A stretch of DNA of 40,380 nucleotides from Sphingobacteriaceae bacterium (GCA_025450155.1 JANWIB010000008.1:1-40380); one strand, 5' to 3'. Positions 25,726-34,674 are shown, numbered from the stretch's first letter. Notes: generated by a model not told the origin, from the letters alone. Numbers and translations are program-made.

Positions 25726-25756
25726 AAAAAAGGGAGACCGATGGCCTCCCTTTTTT
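25726..25756. terminator. Terminator after rplT (bidirectional shape)
   Basis: AAAAAA-GGGAGACC-gat-GGCCTCCC-TTTTTT, 21 nt downstream of the rplT stop on the minus strand. Confidence 0.7.
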
Positions 25757-25777
25757 ACGCAGTATTATCTAAACAAT

Positions 25778-26122
25778 TTATTTTACTGCATCTATAATCG
25801 CCTTAAATGCTTTTGGCTCATTCATTGCCAAATCAGCAAGTACTTTACGATTTAAACCGATATTTTTTGACGCTAATTTACCCATCAATTGCGAATAAGA
25901 AACTCCATGCTGACGAGCACCCGCATTGATACGTTGAATCCATAAAGCTCTGAATTCTCTTTTTTTAGTTTTACGGTCGCGATAGGCATATTGTAACCCT
26001 TTTTCAACCGTGTTTTTAGCAATGGTATAAACCTTGCTGCGTGATCCCCAGTAGCCTTTGGCTAAACCTAAGATCTTTTTTCTTCTTCTTCTTGACGCTA
26101 CTGCGTTAACCGAACGTGGCAT
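25778..26122 (-). CDS. rplT: 50S ribosomal protein L20
   Basis: [32 protein letters not shown]. Confidence 0.97.
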   Translation of the reverse strand: MPRSVNAVASRRRRKKILGLAKGYWGSRSKVYTIAKNTVEKGLQYAYRDRKTKKREFRALWIQRINAGARQHGVSYSQLMGKLASKNIGLNRKVLADLAMNEPKAFKAIIDAVK

Positions 26123-26198
26123 GTTGTTTTGATTTTTGGCGGGCGGTGTCGTGTTTTACAACGAACTTAAACCGAACGCCTGGTTAAAATTTAACTGG

Positions 26199-26399
26199 TT
26201 ACTTTCCGATACAAAGCATACGCTTTACGTTACCTAAATCAGCGTCAGCAACAAGGCTGGCTTGCCCTAAGTTGCGTTTACGCTTTTTAGACATCTTGGT
26301 TAAGATGTGGCTCATGTATGCATTGTCTCTCTTGATTTTACCTGTTCCAGTAAGCTTAAAACGCTTTTTTGCACTGGAATTGGTTTTCATTTTTGGCAT
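26199..26399 (-). CDS. rpmI: 50S ribosomal protein L35
   Basis: [24 protein letters not shown]. Confidence 0.97.
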   Translation of the reverse strand: MPKMKTNSSAKKRFKLTGTGKIKRDNAYMSHILTKMSKKRKRNLGQASLVADADLGNVKRMLCIGK

Positions 26400-26480
26400 A
26401 AACTTTATTATTTACGATTTTAAGTCCAATTTATTTTTCAATTTCCAAATTTGCACATCGGCAAATCTGCAGATTAAACT

Positions 26481-27050
26481 TTATTTCTTTCCTGTTTTTG
26501 GAGCTACGGTTAAAAACATCCGCTTACCTTCTAATTTAGGCAATTGTTCTACTTTGCCATGATCTTCTAATGCCTGCGCAAATTTCAACAAAAGAATTTC
26601 ACCCTGTTCTTTATAAACAATTGCCCTACCTTTAAAATGAACGTAGGCTCTTACTTTTTCGTTATTTTCAAGAAAATTAATAGCATGCTTTAGTTTAAAC
26701 TGAAAATCATGATCACTGGTATTAGGCCCAAAGCGAATCTCTTTAATTACTGTTTGCTTCGCATTGGCTTTAATTTCCTTTAACTTCTTTTTTTGCTCGT
26801 ATATAAATTTATTGTAATCAACAACTTTACATACGGGAGGATTTGCATTTGGAGATATTTCCACCAGATCAAGCTCTTGCTCTTCGGCAATTGCTAATGC
26901 ATCACTTAAGGAAAAAATACCTTGTTCAACATTTTCACCTACTAAACGCACTTGAGGCGCTTTTATAAACTGATTAATGTTGTGTTCTGCTTCTTTCTTT
27001 TTAAACGGAGGGCGTGGGCCTCTGTTAAATCCTGGTCTACTTAATGCCAA
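26481..27050 (-). CDS. infC: Translation initiation factor IF-3 (non-ATG start)
   Basis: INQFIKAPQVRLVGENVEQGIF, then the conserved N- and C-domains. The only upstream in-frame start candidates are TTG (27048-27050) and ATT (26976-26978). Confidence 0.95.
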   Translation of the reverse strand: MALSRPGFNRGPRPPFKKKEAEHNINQFIKAPQVRLVGENVEQGIFSLSDALAIAEEQELDLVEISPNANPPVCKVVDYNKFIYEQKKKLKEIKANAKQTVIKEIRFGPNTSDHDFQFKLKHAINFLENNEKVRAYVHFKGRAIVYKEQGEILLLKFAQALEDHGKVEQLPKLEGKRMFLTVAPKTGKK

Positions 27051-27062
27051 ATTAAAATTTTG

Positions 27063-28988
27063 TTAAACAGTTATTTCTTTTATTAATTGACTGTTGAATT
27101 CTTCGAGGTTCATACTCCCTAAATCGCCTTCGCCATGTTTTCTGACAGATACTCTACCTTCGCTCATTTCTTTTTCACCAATAATAAGCATGTAAGGAAT
27201 TTTCTTCACCTCTGCATCACGTATCTTTCTTCCAATCTTCTCGTCCCGCAAGTCAATCAGGCCGCGAATATCGGAATTATTCAACGATTCTAAAACTTTT
27301 TTTGCATAATCTTCAAATTTCTCGGAGATCGGCAGAATGATAAATTGTTCGGGTGTTAACCATAGCGGGAAGTTTCCTGCACAGTGTTCGATCAATACAG
27401 CAACAAAACGTTCTAGAGAACCGAAAGGTGCCCTGTGAATCATTACGGGGCGGTGTTTGGTATTATCACTTCCAGTATATTCTAATTCAAAACGTTCGGG
27501 CAGGTTATAATCCACCTGGATAGTTCCTAACTGCCACTTCCTGCCTAATGCATCTTTAACCATAAAGTCGAGCTTAGGGCCATAAAAAGCGGCTTCCCCA
27601 AGCTCAACTATAGTAGGTAAGCCTTTTTCTTCGGCAGCTTCGATAATAGCCTGCTCGGCTAATTGCCAATTGGCTTCAGAACCGATGTATTTGGTTTTAT
27701 TTTCAGGATCTCTCAGCGAAATCTGGGCGGTGTAATTATCAAAGCCTAACGCTTTGAACACATACAAAACAAGATCAATTACTTTTTTAAATTCTTCTTT
27801 TACCTGATCGGGGCGACAGAATAGATGCGCATCGTCCTGAGTAAATCCACGCACACGGGTTAATCCATGTAATTCGCCACTCTGCTCATAACGATATACG
27901 GTACCAAATTCAGCAAGGCGAACTGGTAAATCTTTATAGGAATGCGGCTTTGATTTATAGATTTCGCAGTGATGGGGGCAGTTCATGGGCTTCAGGAAGA
28001 ACTCCTCTCCTTCCTGCGGTGTTTTTATCGGCTGAAAGGAATCTGCCCCATATTTTTCATAATGTCCCGAAGTGATATATAAATTTTTATGACCGATATG
28101 TGGTGTGATAACCTGTTCATAGCCCGCTTTTACCTGGGCTTTTTGCAGAAAATTTACGAGTTTTTCACGTAAAGCCGTTCCTTTGGGCAACCAAAGTGGA
28201 AGCCCCATTCCTACCTTTTCTGAGAACGTAAACAACTCTAACTCTTTACCCAACTTACGATGATCACGTTTTTTGGCTTCTTCGATCATGTGGAGGTATT
28301 CTGCCAATTCGCTTTGCTTCGGAAAGGTAACACCATAAATGCGGGTAAGCTGTTTACGGGTTTCATCACCCCGCCAATAGGCTCCAGCTACATTAGTCAG
28401 TTTTACCGCTTTAACAAAGCCGGTATTGGGGATATGCGGACCGCGGCATAAATCGGTAAAATTTCCTTGTGTATAAAAAGTAATCGAACCGTCTGGAAGG
28501 TCTTTAATCAGGTCAAGTTTATATTCATCCCCTTTCTGGGTAAAATAGTTAACGGCATCTGGTTTAGAAACTGGTTTACGCACATATTCTGATTTTGCTT
28601 TGGCCAGTTCCAGCATCTTATCCTCAATCTTCTTAAAATCGTCTGAAGAAAACTCCCGATCTCCAAAATCTACATCGTAGTAAAAACCGGTTTCAATAGC
28701 CGGCCCGATACCGAATTTAGTTCCGGGATATAAGGCTTCCAATGCCTCCGCCATTAAATGGGCCGAAGAATGCCAGAATGTGGCTTTACCGCCAGCATCA
28801 TTCCAGGTTAGCAGCTTCACAGTTGCATCTTGTTCAATGGGGCGGCTGGCATCCCAAACCTGTCCGTTTATTTCGGCGGCTAAAACGTTACGTGCTAATC
28901 CTTCTGAAATTGATAATGCAATTTGATAAGAAGTAGTTCCGGATTCATACTGACGAACGGAACCGTCGGGAAGTGTTATGTTAATCAT
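27063..28988 (-). CDS. thrS: Threonine--tRNA ligase
   Basis: TGS N-terminus ([14 protein letters not shown]), editing-domain motif HSSAHLMA, class II core ([24 protein letters not shown]) and anticodon-binding C-terminus. Length is 641 aa. Confidence 0.97.
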   Translation of the reverse strand: MINITLPDGSVRQYESGTTSYQIALSISEGLARNVLAAEINGQVWDASRPIEQDATVKLLTWNDAGGKATFWHSSAHLMAEALEALYPGTKFGIGPAIETGFYYDVDFGDREFSSDDFKKIEDKMLELAKAKSEYVRKPVSKPDAVNYFTQKGDEYKLDLIKDLPDGSITFYTQGNFTDLCRGPHIPNTGFVKAVKLTNVAGAYWRGDETRKQLTRIYGVTFPKQSELAEYLHMIEEAKKRDHRKLGKELELFTFSEKVGMGLPLWLPKGTALREKLVNFLQKAQVKAGYEQVITPHIGHKNLYITSGHYEKYGADSFQPIKTPQEGEEFFLKPMNCPHHCEIYKSKPHSYKDLPVRLAEFGTVYRYEQSGELHGLTRVRGFTQDDAHLFCRPDQVKEEFKKVIDLVLYVFKALGFDNYTAQISLRDPENKTKYIGSEANWQLAEQAIIEAAEEKGLPTIVELGEAAFYGPKLDFMVKDALGRKWQLGTIQVDYNLPERFELEYTGSDNTKHRPVMIHRAPFGSLERFVAVLIEHCAGNFPLWLTPEQFIILPISEKFEDYAKKVLESLNNSDIRGLIDLRDEKIGRKIRDAEVKKIPYMLIIGEKEMSEGRVSVRKHGEGDLGSMNLEEFNSQLIKEITV

Positions 28989-29029
28989 CTACAACTATGA
29001 TTTTAAGTTCTAAAAATTATTACTCAATT

Positions 29030-29049
29030 AATCACATACGGATGTGATT
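29030..29049 (-). promoter_or_regulatory. 8-bp perfect hairpin (AATCACAT-nnnn-ATGTGATT) in the thrS leader / lutA-like 3' region
   Basis: Read directly from the sequence. It is 41 nt upstream of the thrS ATG and 54 nt downstream of the preceding stop. No adjacent U-run follows on the minus strand. Confidence 0.35.
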
Positions 29050-29103
29050 TTATATCATGAGTAAAAATAGAATTATTTTCAGACATTTTAGTGAAAACCG
29101 TTC

Positions 29104-29832
29104 TTAGCTATTCCCCCACCCACTCGTCAATACATCTGCCAGGTGCAGGGTTTTTATTGGCAGGTTATGTTTATCAATATAGCCCTGCAAATGCATAAGG
29201 CAGGAAGAATCGGTAGAGATGATGTATTCGGCCTCCATCGCAAGCGCATTTTCTATTTTTTGTTGCGCCATAGCACTGGATATTCCTTCGAATTTTACGG
29301 CAAATGTTCCACCGAAGCCACAGCAGGTTTCTGTATCTTTCATTTCTAACAGGTCTAAGCCATGCACTTTAGTTAAGAGCTGCCGCGGTTCTTCTTTAAT
29401 ACGACATTCCCTTAATCCTGCACAGGAATCGTGATAAACAGCCTTCCCTTCAAGTTCTGCACCGAAATAATCTTTTTTTAAGATGTTTACCAGAAAATCG
29501 GAAAGTTCATGCATACGGTTTTGAATGGCCCGGCATGTATTATGAACTGCTGTATTGGTGAAAAGATCGTTATAATAATTTTTTACCATGCCGGTGCAGG
29601 ATGCTGAGGGAGAAACGATATACTGATTTTCAGAAAAATCCTGTAGGAATTTACTTCCAACAACTTTTGCTTCATCCCAATAACCAGCGTTAAAAGCAGG
29701 CTGTCCACAGCAGGTTTGCCGGGGATTATAAGAAACTTCACATCCTGCTTTTTCTAAAATTTTAACGGTGTTAAATGCTGTTTCAGGAAAAAGCTGATCT
29801 ATAAAACAAGGAATGAATAGTTGAACTTTCAT
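29104..29832 (-). CDS. Cysteine-rich (CCG-domain) Fe-S oxidoreductase, LutA / GlcF-like
   Basis: Two CCG motifs (TCCGQPAFN and TCCGFGGTF). Length is 242 aa, typical of the LutA subunit of LutABC. Confidence 0.85.
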   Translation of the reverse strand: MKVQLFIPCFIDQLFPETAFNTVKILEKAGCEVSYNPRQTCCGQPAFNAGYWDEAKVVGSKFLQDFSENQYIVSPSASCTGMVKNYYNDLFTNTAVHNTCRAIQNRMHELSDFLVNILKKDYFGAELEGKAVYHDSCAGLRECRIKEEPRQLLTKVHGLDLLEMKDTETCCGFGGTFAVKFEGISSAMAQQKIENALAMEAEYIISTDSSCLMHLQGYIDKHNLPIKTLHLADVLTSGWGNS

Positions 29833-29849
29833 GGACTAGCAAGACATTT

Positions 29850-30623
29850 TCAGGGTAAGATTCTTTTATTTTTTAAATCTACCGTTACTTTTTCTGACAA
29901 AATACCCATGTATTTCCATTGAACAGTAATGGTATCTCCCTTCATCAGGATACCTGAGTCTTTTGTAAGTGTAGAACCTTCTGCTGTTTCAGTGACATTT
30001 CCTTTATTAATCAATTCTCGCTCAAAGCCCATCCCATTATAAATACTCAGACCCCCAAGTCCATCATTCATGTAAAATTCGGTTATTGACTCTTTTTTGT
30101 TGAAATAAATACTATTGTTAGACGGAGTAAGAGCAGGTATAAGTCTGTCACTTAAATTGGTTACCCGTAAGGTAAATCTCACTGAAGGTGTTGGCGAAGT
30201 ATGATCATCCTCATAAGTATAGAACTCTACAATATTTTCTATTTTCACTGAATCTTTGGAAAGCGGCGCAGCTATTGTTTCTTTAAATAGCTTTTCAGGT
30301 TGGACAATAGTAAACTTTACAACTTTCATCGAATCCCTTCCTGTGTGAACGCCGTATACAACGGCTTCGTCCCCTTTTTTAAAAATCATGAACGATTCCG
30401 GATATTGTAAATCATTTACATTTATTGCGGTTATTGTACGATGGGGTCGACCTGTTTCAATAATGACCCAATAATAGCCGTCTCTTCGGTGGAATACTTC
30501 TGTAATCGTTCCATGAAATGCGGTTAAATTGCGATAGATTTCTTTTACCTGCGTTTTTTCTTGGCCATTACAGGCAGAAAGAGTGAGCATAGTGATGACA
30601 AATACTATGGGTATCCACCTCAT
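29850..30623 (-). CDS. Hypothetical lipoprotein
   Basis: Lipoprotein signal (MLTLSAC-NGQ). Length is 257 aa. No family recognised. It lies 17 nt upstream of the lutA-like gene. Confidence 0.6.
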   Translation of the reverse strand: MRWIPIVFVITMLTLSACNGQEKTQVKEIYRNLTAFHGTITEVFHRRDGYYWVIIETGRPHRTITAINVNDLQYPESFMIFKKGDEAVVYGVHTGRDSMKVVKFTIVQPEKLFKETIAAPLSKDSVKIENIVEFYTYEDDHTSPTPSVRFTLRVTNLSDRLIPALTPSNNSIYFNKKESITEFYMNDGLGGLSIYNGMGFERELINKGNVTETAEGSTLTKDSGILMKGDTITVQWKYMGILSEKVTVDLKNKRILP

Positions 30624-30694
30624 CAGTGAAAATTTTATTTTTTATGTGTGCTAAAATCAGAAAAAAAACGATTATTCGGGTTGATGTTTATAAC

Positions 30695-31987
30695 TTAAAC
30701 CGGTTTGTTCTTCAATATAGAAACCAGAGTAAATAAACCTAGCAGGAAGAAAACACTTAAAGAAATAGCGGAATTACGAATATTCCCGGTAAGGTCTTCA
30801 ATTAATGCGAAGCTGAATAATCCAATAACAATAGCCAGCTTTTCTGTTACATCAAAAAAACTAAAAAATGAGGTAGTGTCGGGAGAATTTTCGGGAAGAA
30901 GTTTTGAATAGGTAGACCGGGAAAGCGATTGTATACCGCCCATTACCATACCAACAATAACAGCTAATGCATAAAAATGATATTCATTAGCAATGTAATA
31001 GGAAGCAATACAAACACCAATCCAAATGAGAAGTACAGCTATCAGAACCTGGATATTACCTGATTTTTTGGCAAAATGCGACATGAGAAATGCCCCTGCT
31101 ATAGCTACTAATTGTATAATGAGGATGGCGGCAATGAGCTTAGCTGTACCTAAGTGAAGTACTTTTTCCCCAAAATTTGTAGCTACCAACATAATAGTTT
31201 GTACGCCCATGGCATAAAAAAAGAAGGCTATTAAAAAGCGCTTCAAGACTTTCATATGTTTTACCTGGCTCCAAACTTTGTTAAGCTCCTGAAATCCGTT
31301 TTTAATTACGCTTTTATTTAACTTATTGGCATTGGGATTTCCTTTGGACAAAATGATAAAGGGAATTTGTGCGAATACAATCCACCAGATTCCAACCAAA
31401 AGAAATGACAGACGAGCAGGCAAAGACGGGTCAGTAATAGCAAACCAGTCAGGTTTTAAAACAAAGACAAAGCAAATTATTTGTAGGATCACACTGCCGA
31501 TATAACCATAGGCAAACCCTTGGGCGCTTACACGATCCTGCTGCTCTTTGGTCGCAATTTCCGGCAAATAGGAGTTATTAAATAGCACTCCGCCTATGTA
31601 CCCCATGGCGGCAAGAGCAGAACAAATGATACCTAATTCAAGTGTTTCGAGTTTAAAGAAAAATAAAAGTGCGCAGGCAATACCTCCCAGATATGTAAAG
31701 GCTTTCATATAGCCTCTTTTATTACCACTATAATCGGCAATGGAAGATAGGATGGGCAATAAAATAACCATCATCAAATAAGCTACAGCAAGCGCATAAG
31801 TTGATAATACGGTATTGATAAAGGATTTACCAAAAAACAACACTTTATCACCATGTTCTTTCGTAGTAGTAATAATGGTATAATAAGCTGGGAAAATGGT
31901 TGATGTAATGACCAAACTATAAGCAGAGTTCGCCCAGTCGAACATGGCCCAACCACGAATTGTCTTTTTATTGTTTTTAAATTCCAT
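30695..31987 (-). CDS. MFS transporter, UMF1 (Atg22-like) family
   Basis: The N-terminus IRGWAMFDWANSAYSLVITSTIFPAYY is characteristic of UMF1. About 12 TM segments. Length is 430 aa. Confidence 0.85.
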   Translation of the reverse strand: MEFKNNKKTIRGWAMFDWANSAYSLVITSTIFPAYYTIITTTKEHGDKVLFFGKSFINTVLSTYALAVAYLMMVILLPILSSIADYSGNKRGYMKAFTYLGGIACALLFFFKLETLELGIICSALAAMGYIGGVLFNNSYLPEIATKEQQDRVSAQGFAYGYIGSVILQIICFVFVLKPDWFAITDPSLPARLSFLLVGIWWIVFAQIPFIILSKGNPNANKLNKSVIKNGFQELNKVWSQVKHMKVLKRFLIAFFFYAMGVQTIMLVATNFGEKVLHLGTAKLIAAILIIQLVAIAGAFLMSHFAKKSGNIQVLIAVLLIWIGVCIASYYIANEYHFYALAVIVGMVMGGIQSLSRSTYSKLLPENSPDTTSFFSFFDVTEKLAIVIGLFSFALIEDLTGNIRNSAISLSVFFLLGLFTLVSILKNKPV

Positions 31988-32095
31988 TTGCTTTTAAAAG
32001 TATGCAAAAGTATATAAAGAGCAATCATAGATTTAAACAAATACCTAAAAGCGCTTTATTTTCAACTTTGTATCATTTTGGGTGTTTACTTAGTT

Positions 32096-32413
32096 ATGGA
32101 TGACTCCATTTTTCTGTTGGTAAAAGACCCTAAAAATCCTTTCCGGGATATTATCAGGCAACGTGATAGTGATTTAAGAATTATAGTTTATTGCTTAAAG
32201 GATGAGAATTTTGAGGCAAATCCGGAAGAACTTCAGTTTTATGCCAATAACAATGGTACTTTTCTGGCTTTTGAAACATCTGATTATACTGGAAAAGATC
32301 CCATAGCCGTAATAGAGGCTATTCGATGGTATGCCGACTATATTGATAATTCCAAAATGGAAATTCTGGCAGAGGATCCACGGACAAACTATAAAACATT
32401 ACGAAACCTTTAG
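32096..32413 (+). CDS. Hypothetical cytoplasmic protein (105 aa from MDDSIFLLVK...)
   Basis: ORF only. The ATG at 32096 is preferred over the TTG at 32078. No family recognised. Confidence 0.45.
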   Translation: MDDSIFLLVKDPKNPFRDIIRQRDSDLRIIVYCLKDENFEANPEELQFYANNNGTFLAFETSDYTGKDPIAVIEAIRWYADYIDNSKMEILAEDPRTNYKTLRNL

Positions 32414-32475
32414 CTCCCATTACAAATTCCTATACCTAATAAAAATCAAAATCTAATAAATTTGATAGAAGGTTT

Positions 32476-32483
32476 TATATTTG
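32476..32483 (+). promoter_or_regulatory. Candidate -7 box TATATTTG (TAnnTTTG) for tRNA-Leu
   Basis: It ends 11 nt upstream of tRNA position 1. Confidence 0.4.
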
Positions 32484-32494
32484 CAATCTTCTAA

Positions 32495-32577
32495 GCCCGG
32501 GTGGCGAAATTGGTAGACGCACCATCTTGAGGGGGTGGCGCCTTATGGGCGTGGCAGTTCGAATCTGCTCCCGGGCA
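32495..32577 (+). tRNA. tRNA-Leu (anticodon GAG), type II with long variable arm; no encoded CCA
   Basis: Manual fold. Acceptor stem GCCCGGG/CCCGGGC with discriminator A. D-arm GCG-AAATTGGTAGA-CGC. Anticodon stem CCATC/GGTGG with loop TT-GAG-GG. Variable arm CGCCTTATGGGCGT. T-arm GGCAG-TTCGAAT-CTGCT. Confidence 0.93.
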
Positions 32578-32610
32578 CATTATAATTATATTGATTTAAG
32601 AATTACGATT

Positions 32611-33549
32611 TCAATATAACATGCTCTGATAGGTATTCATCTTCTTTACATAGTTATTATAAGAATCTACCAAGTAATTCAGGCTATTATTTAACTTATC
32701 ATCATCTACTTTCCCGTATTCAAAATCGTCTAACATCAACTTTAAGTTATCATTATATCCGGACATAGATGATTGAGTGACCACTCTGTAATACTCTTTT
32801 TGGTTCTTAGTCAGCTTAGCAGAATTTAAACGACTGTATTCATCCAGCTCTTTATAGACAGCTATAAAGGCTGCCGCTTGTTTCTTAAAAAGGGCTTCAT
32901 CAAACTGTTCTGCCGTCGCTGTTTTTATTGCTCTTTCTCCATAATTAGCCGCTTTATGGTGAAGAAAGACAAAGCCATTGCCATATTTCTTTAATATCTT
33001 ATTCAATTCTATATCCGCATACTTTTCCATTTCTGCGTTATACAGTGGATAAAGATTCTTCTTTGCTTCGATAAAATCATTAAATCCCTTTACAAATACA
33101 GGATGCCAGAGTTTGCCCTTCTCAAATTTATCCAACTCGAAAAGACGTGTTTTCTTATAGTATTCTTGTGCTTTAAATAGATTTTCTCTGATTGCTTTTA
33201 AAGGGCCGACACAAGCTAATATCGCACGATCAAGATCGGGTATTAACGGGGCTGATTTGGCTGCATTTTCCAAGGCTCTTACTTCGGAGTCATAATACCC
33301 TTCTCCATCAGTAAATCCATAATAATCGTCTTCCTTCCCGGTTACTCCTTTCTCGGGGTCAACATGTTCAAAGTAGTCTTTTGCAAGACTACCGATACGA
33401 GCTCCAAACGTATTATAAAAACTTGTAATGGCATTTAGTTTTCGGATATAAGCAGCATCGGAGGATGCAGATGTGTTTTTACCCGGCTTTTGAGCCATGA
33501 TTGGAAAAACGCTGATTAAGCATAAAAGTAGGGTGAAGATAATTTTCAT
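32611..33549 (-). CDS. DUF3829 / YiiG-like secreted protein
   Basis: Signal peptide present. The segment AQEYYKKTRLFELDKFEKGKLWHPVF parallels E. coli YiiG (MDKYYTQENYKDDAFAKGKTLHQTF). The C-terminal VDSYNNY parallels VDDYNSL. Confidence 0.55.
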   Translation of the reverse strand: MKIIFTLLLCLISVFPIMAQKPGKNTSASSDAAYIRKLNAITSFYNTFGARIGSLAKDYFEHVDPEKGVTGKEDDYYGFTDGEGYYDSEVRALENAAKSAPLIPDLDRAILACVGPLKAIRENLFKAQEYYKKTRLFELDKFEKGKLWHPVFVKGFNDFIEAKKNLYPLYNAEMEKYADIELNKILKKYGNGFVFLHHKAANYGERAIKTATAEQFDEALFKKQAAAFIAVYKELDEYSRLNSAKLTKNQKEYYRVVTQSSMSGYNDNLKLMLDDFEYGKVDDDKLNNSLNYLVDSYNNYVKKMNTYQSMLY

Positions 33550-33599
33550 TCGTATTATGGATTATTAAAACCTGCTACAAGTTTACTAAAAATTTGGAT

Positions 33600-34361
33600 T
33601 TAAACTTCTAGTATGAGTCCATCATAGGCTAATGCCATTCCTTCTGGCAATTCTCTATTGATATCATCATGTCTCCCAAGTCGGTGGCTTATATGAGTAA
33701 AATAGGTTTCTTCCGCTCCTATTTCCTGAGCAAAATTAATGGCCTCTTCTAATGTAAAATGGGAGATATGTTTTTCTCGTTGCAAGGCATTTACTATCAG
33801 AATTTTACTGCCTTTAATTTTTTCTTTTTCCTGTTCAGAAACTGTTTTGGCATCCGTTATATAGGTAAAATCGCCTATCCTGAATCCTAAAATTGGTAGT
33901 TTATAATGCATGATCTGTATAGGATACACTTGTATACCAGCAACAGTAAAGGGAACATGATCAATCTCGTGAAGATTAATTAATGGTACTCCCGGATATT
34001 TAAAATCAGAAAAGGCATAATAAAATTCACGTTTTAAAGAATCTAATACACGTTTCTGAGCATAAACCTCCATATCCTGTTGCTGCTTATAATTAAAGGC
34101 CCTTACATCATCCAGTCCTGCAATATGATCTTTATGCTCGTGCGTAACCAGAATAGCATCTAAATGTTTCACCTTGGCACGGAGCATCTGATACCTGAAA
34201 TCTGGCCCACAATCAATAACAAGGCGTATTCCATCAACTTCAATAAGGACAGAAACCCGTAGGCGCTTGTCCTTGGTATTTTTTGAGGTACACACCTGAC
34301 AATCGCAAGCTATTACAGGTATTCCCTGTGATGTTCCAGTTCCTAAAAATGTTACTTTCAA
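33600..34361 (-). CDS. MBL-fold metallo-hydrolase (PhnP/GPMB-like)
   Basis: MKVTFLGTGTSQGIP and HEHKDH (the HxHxDH motif). The TTG start overlaps the stop of the upstream ORF. Confidence 0.85.
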   Translation of the reverse strand: MKVTFLGTGTSQGIPVIACDCQVCTSKNTKDKRLRVSVLIEVDGIRLVIDCGPDFRYQMLRAKVKHLDAILVTHEHKDHIAGLDDVRAFNYKQQQDMEVYAQKRVLDSLKREFYYAFSDFKYPGVPLINLHEIDHVPFTVAGIQVYPIQIMHYKLPILGFRIGDFTYITDAKTVSEQEKEKIKGSKILIVNALQREKHISHFTLEEAINFAQEIGAEETYFTHISHRLGRHDDINRELPEGMALAYDGLILEV

Positions 34362-34633
34362 AACTGCAGGGTAGTTTGTTTCAGGGTATATAGAAATTGT
34401 TTCTGCTTATCATCCAATAAATTCTCATCTATATTTAGAACTTTTACCAATTCTACCAAGGCAATGATCTTGTTCTCTAAGTTTGAGAATTTATTAACCA
34501 CGATTACTTTACTATTTTCAAGTATACACGCTCCTGTTTTAAAGTTGCCTTTTTCATAACGCACTTTATACCCTGGCGTTTTTAATAAACCCTCTAATTT
34601 ATCCAACGTATATTGAGAATAGGTAAGCGACAT
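34358..34633 (-). CDS. Hypothetical 91-aa protein translationally coupled to the MBL hydrolase
   Basis: The ORF has a 4-nt overlap (TTGA) with the downstream gene. No family recognised. Confidence 0.55.
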   Translation of the reverse strand: MSLTYSQYTLDKLEGLLKTPGYKVRYEKGNFKTGACILENSKVIVVNKFSNLENKIIALVELVKVLNIDENLLDDKQKQFLYTLKQTTLQF

Positions 34634-34674
34634 GTTTTCAAAAATACTTTATATTTTTGAAACGATTATTTAGC

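Noticed and set aside
29030-29049. thrS leader hairpin as a faithful tRNA-Thr anticodon-arm mimic
   Set aside because: The loop is CCGU (4 nt). Even with the closing pairs opened, it lacks the U33-NNN-A37 geometry of a 7-nt anticodon loop. It is retained only as a low-interest finding rather than a claim.
32495-32577. tRNA-Leu as the attachment site of an integrated element
   Set aside because: The window has no integrase, excisionase or phage/ICE genes, and I saw no duplicated tRNA 3' segment. It is kept only as a low-interest check.
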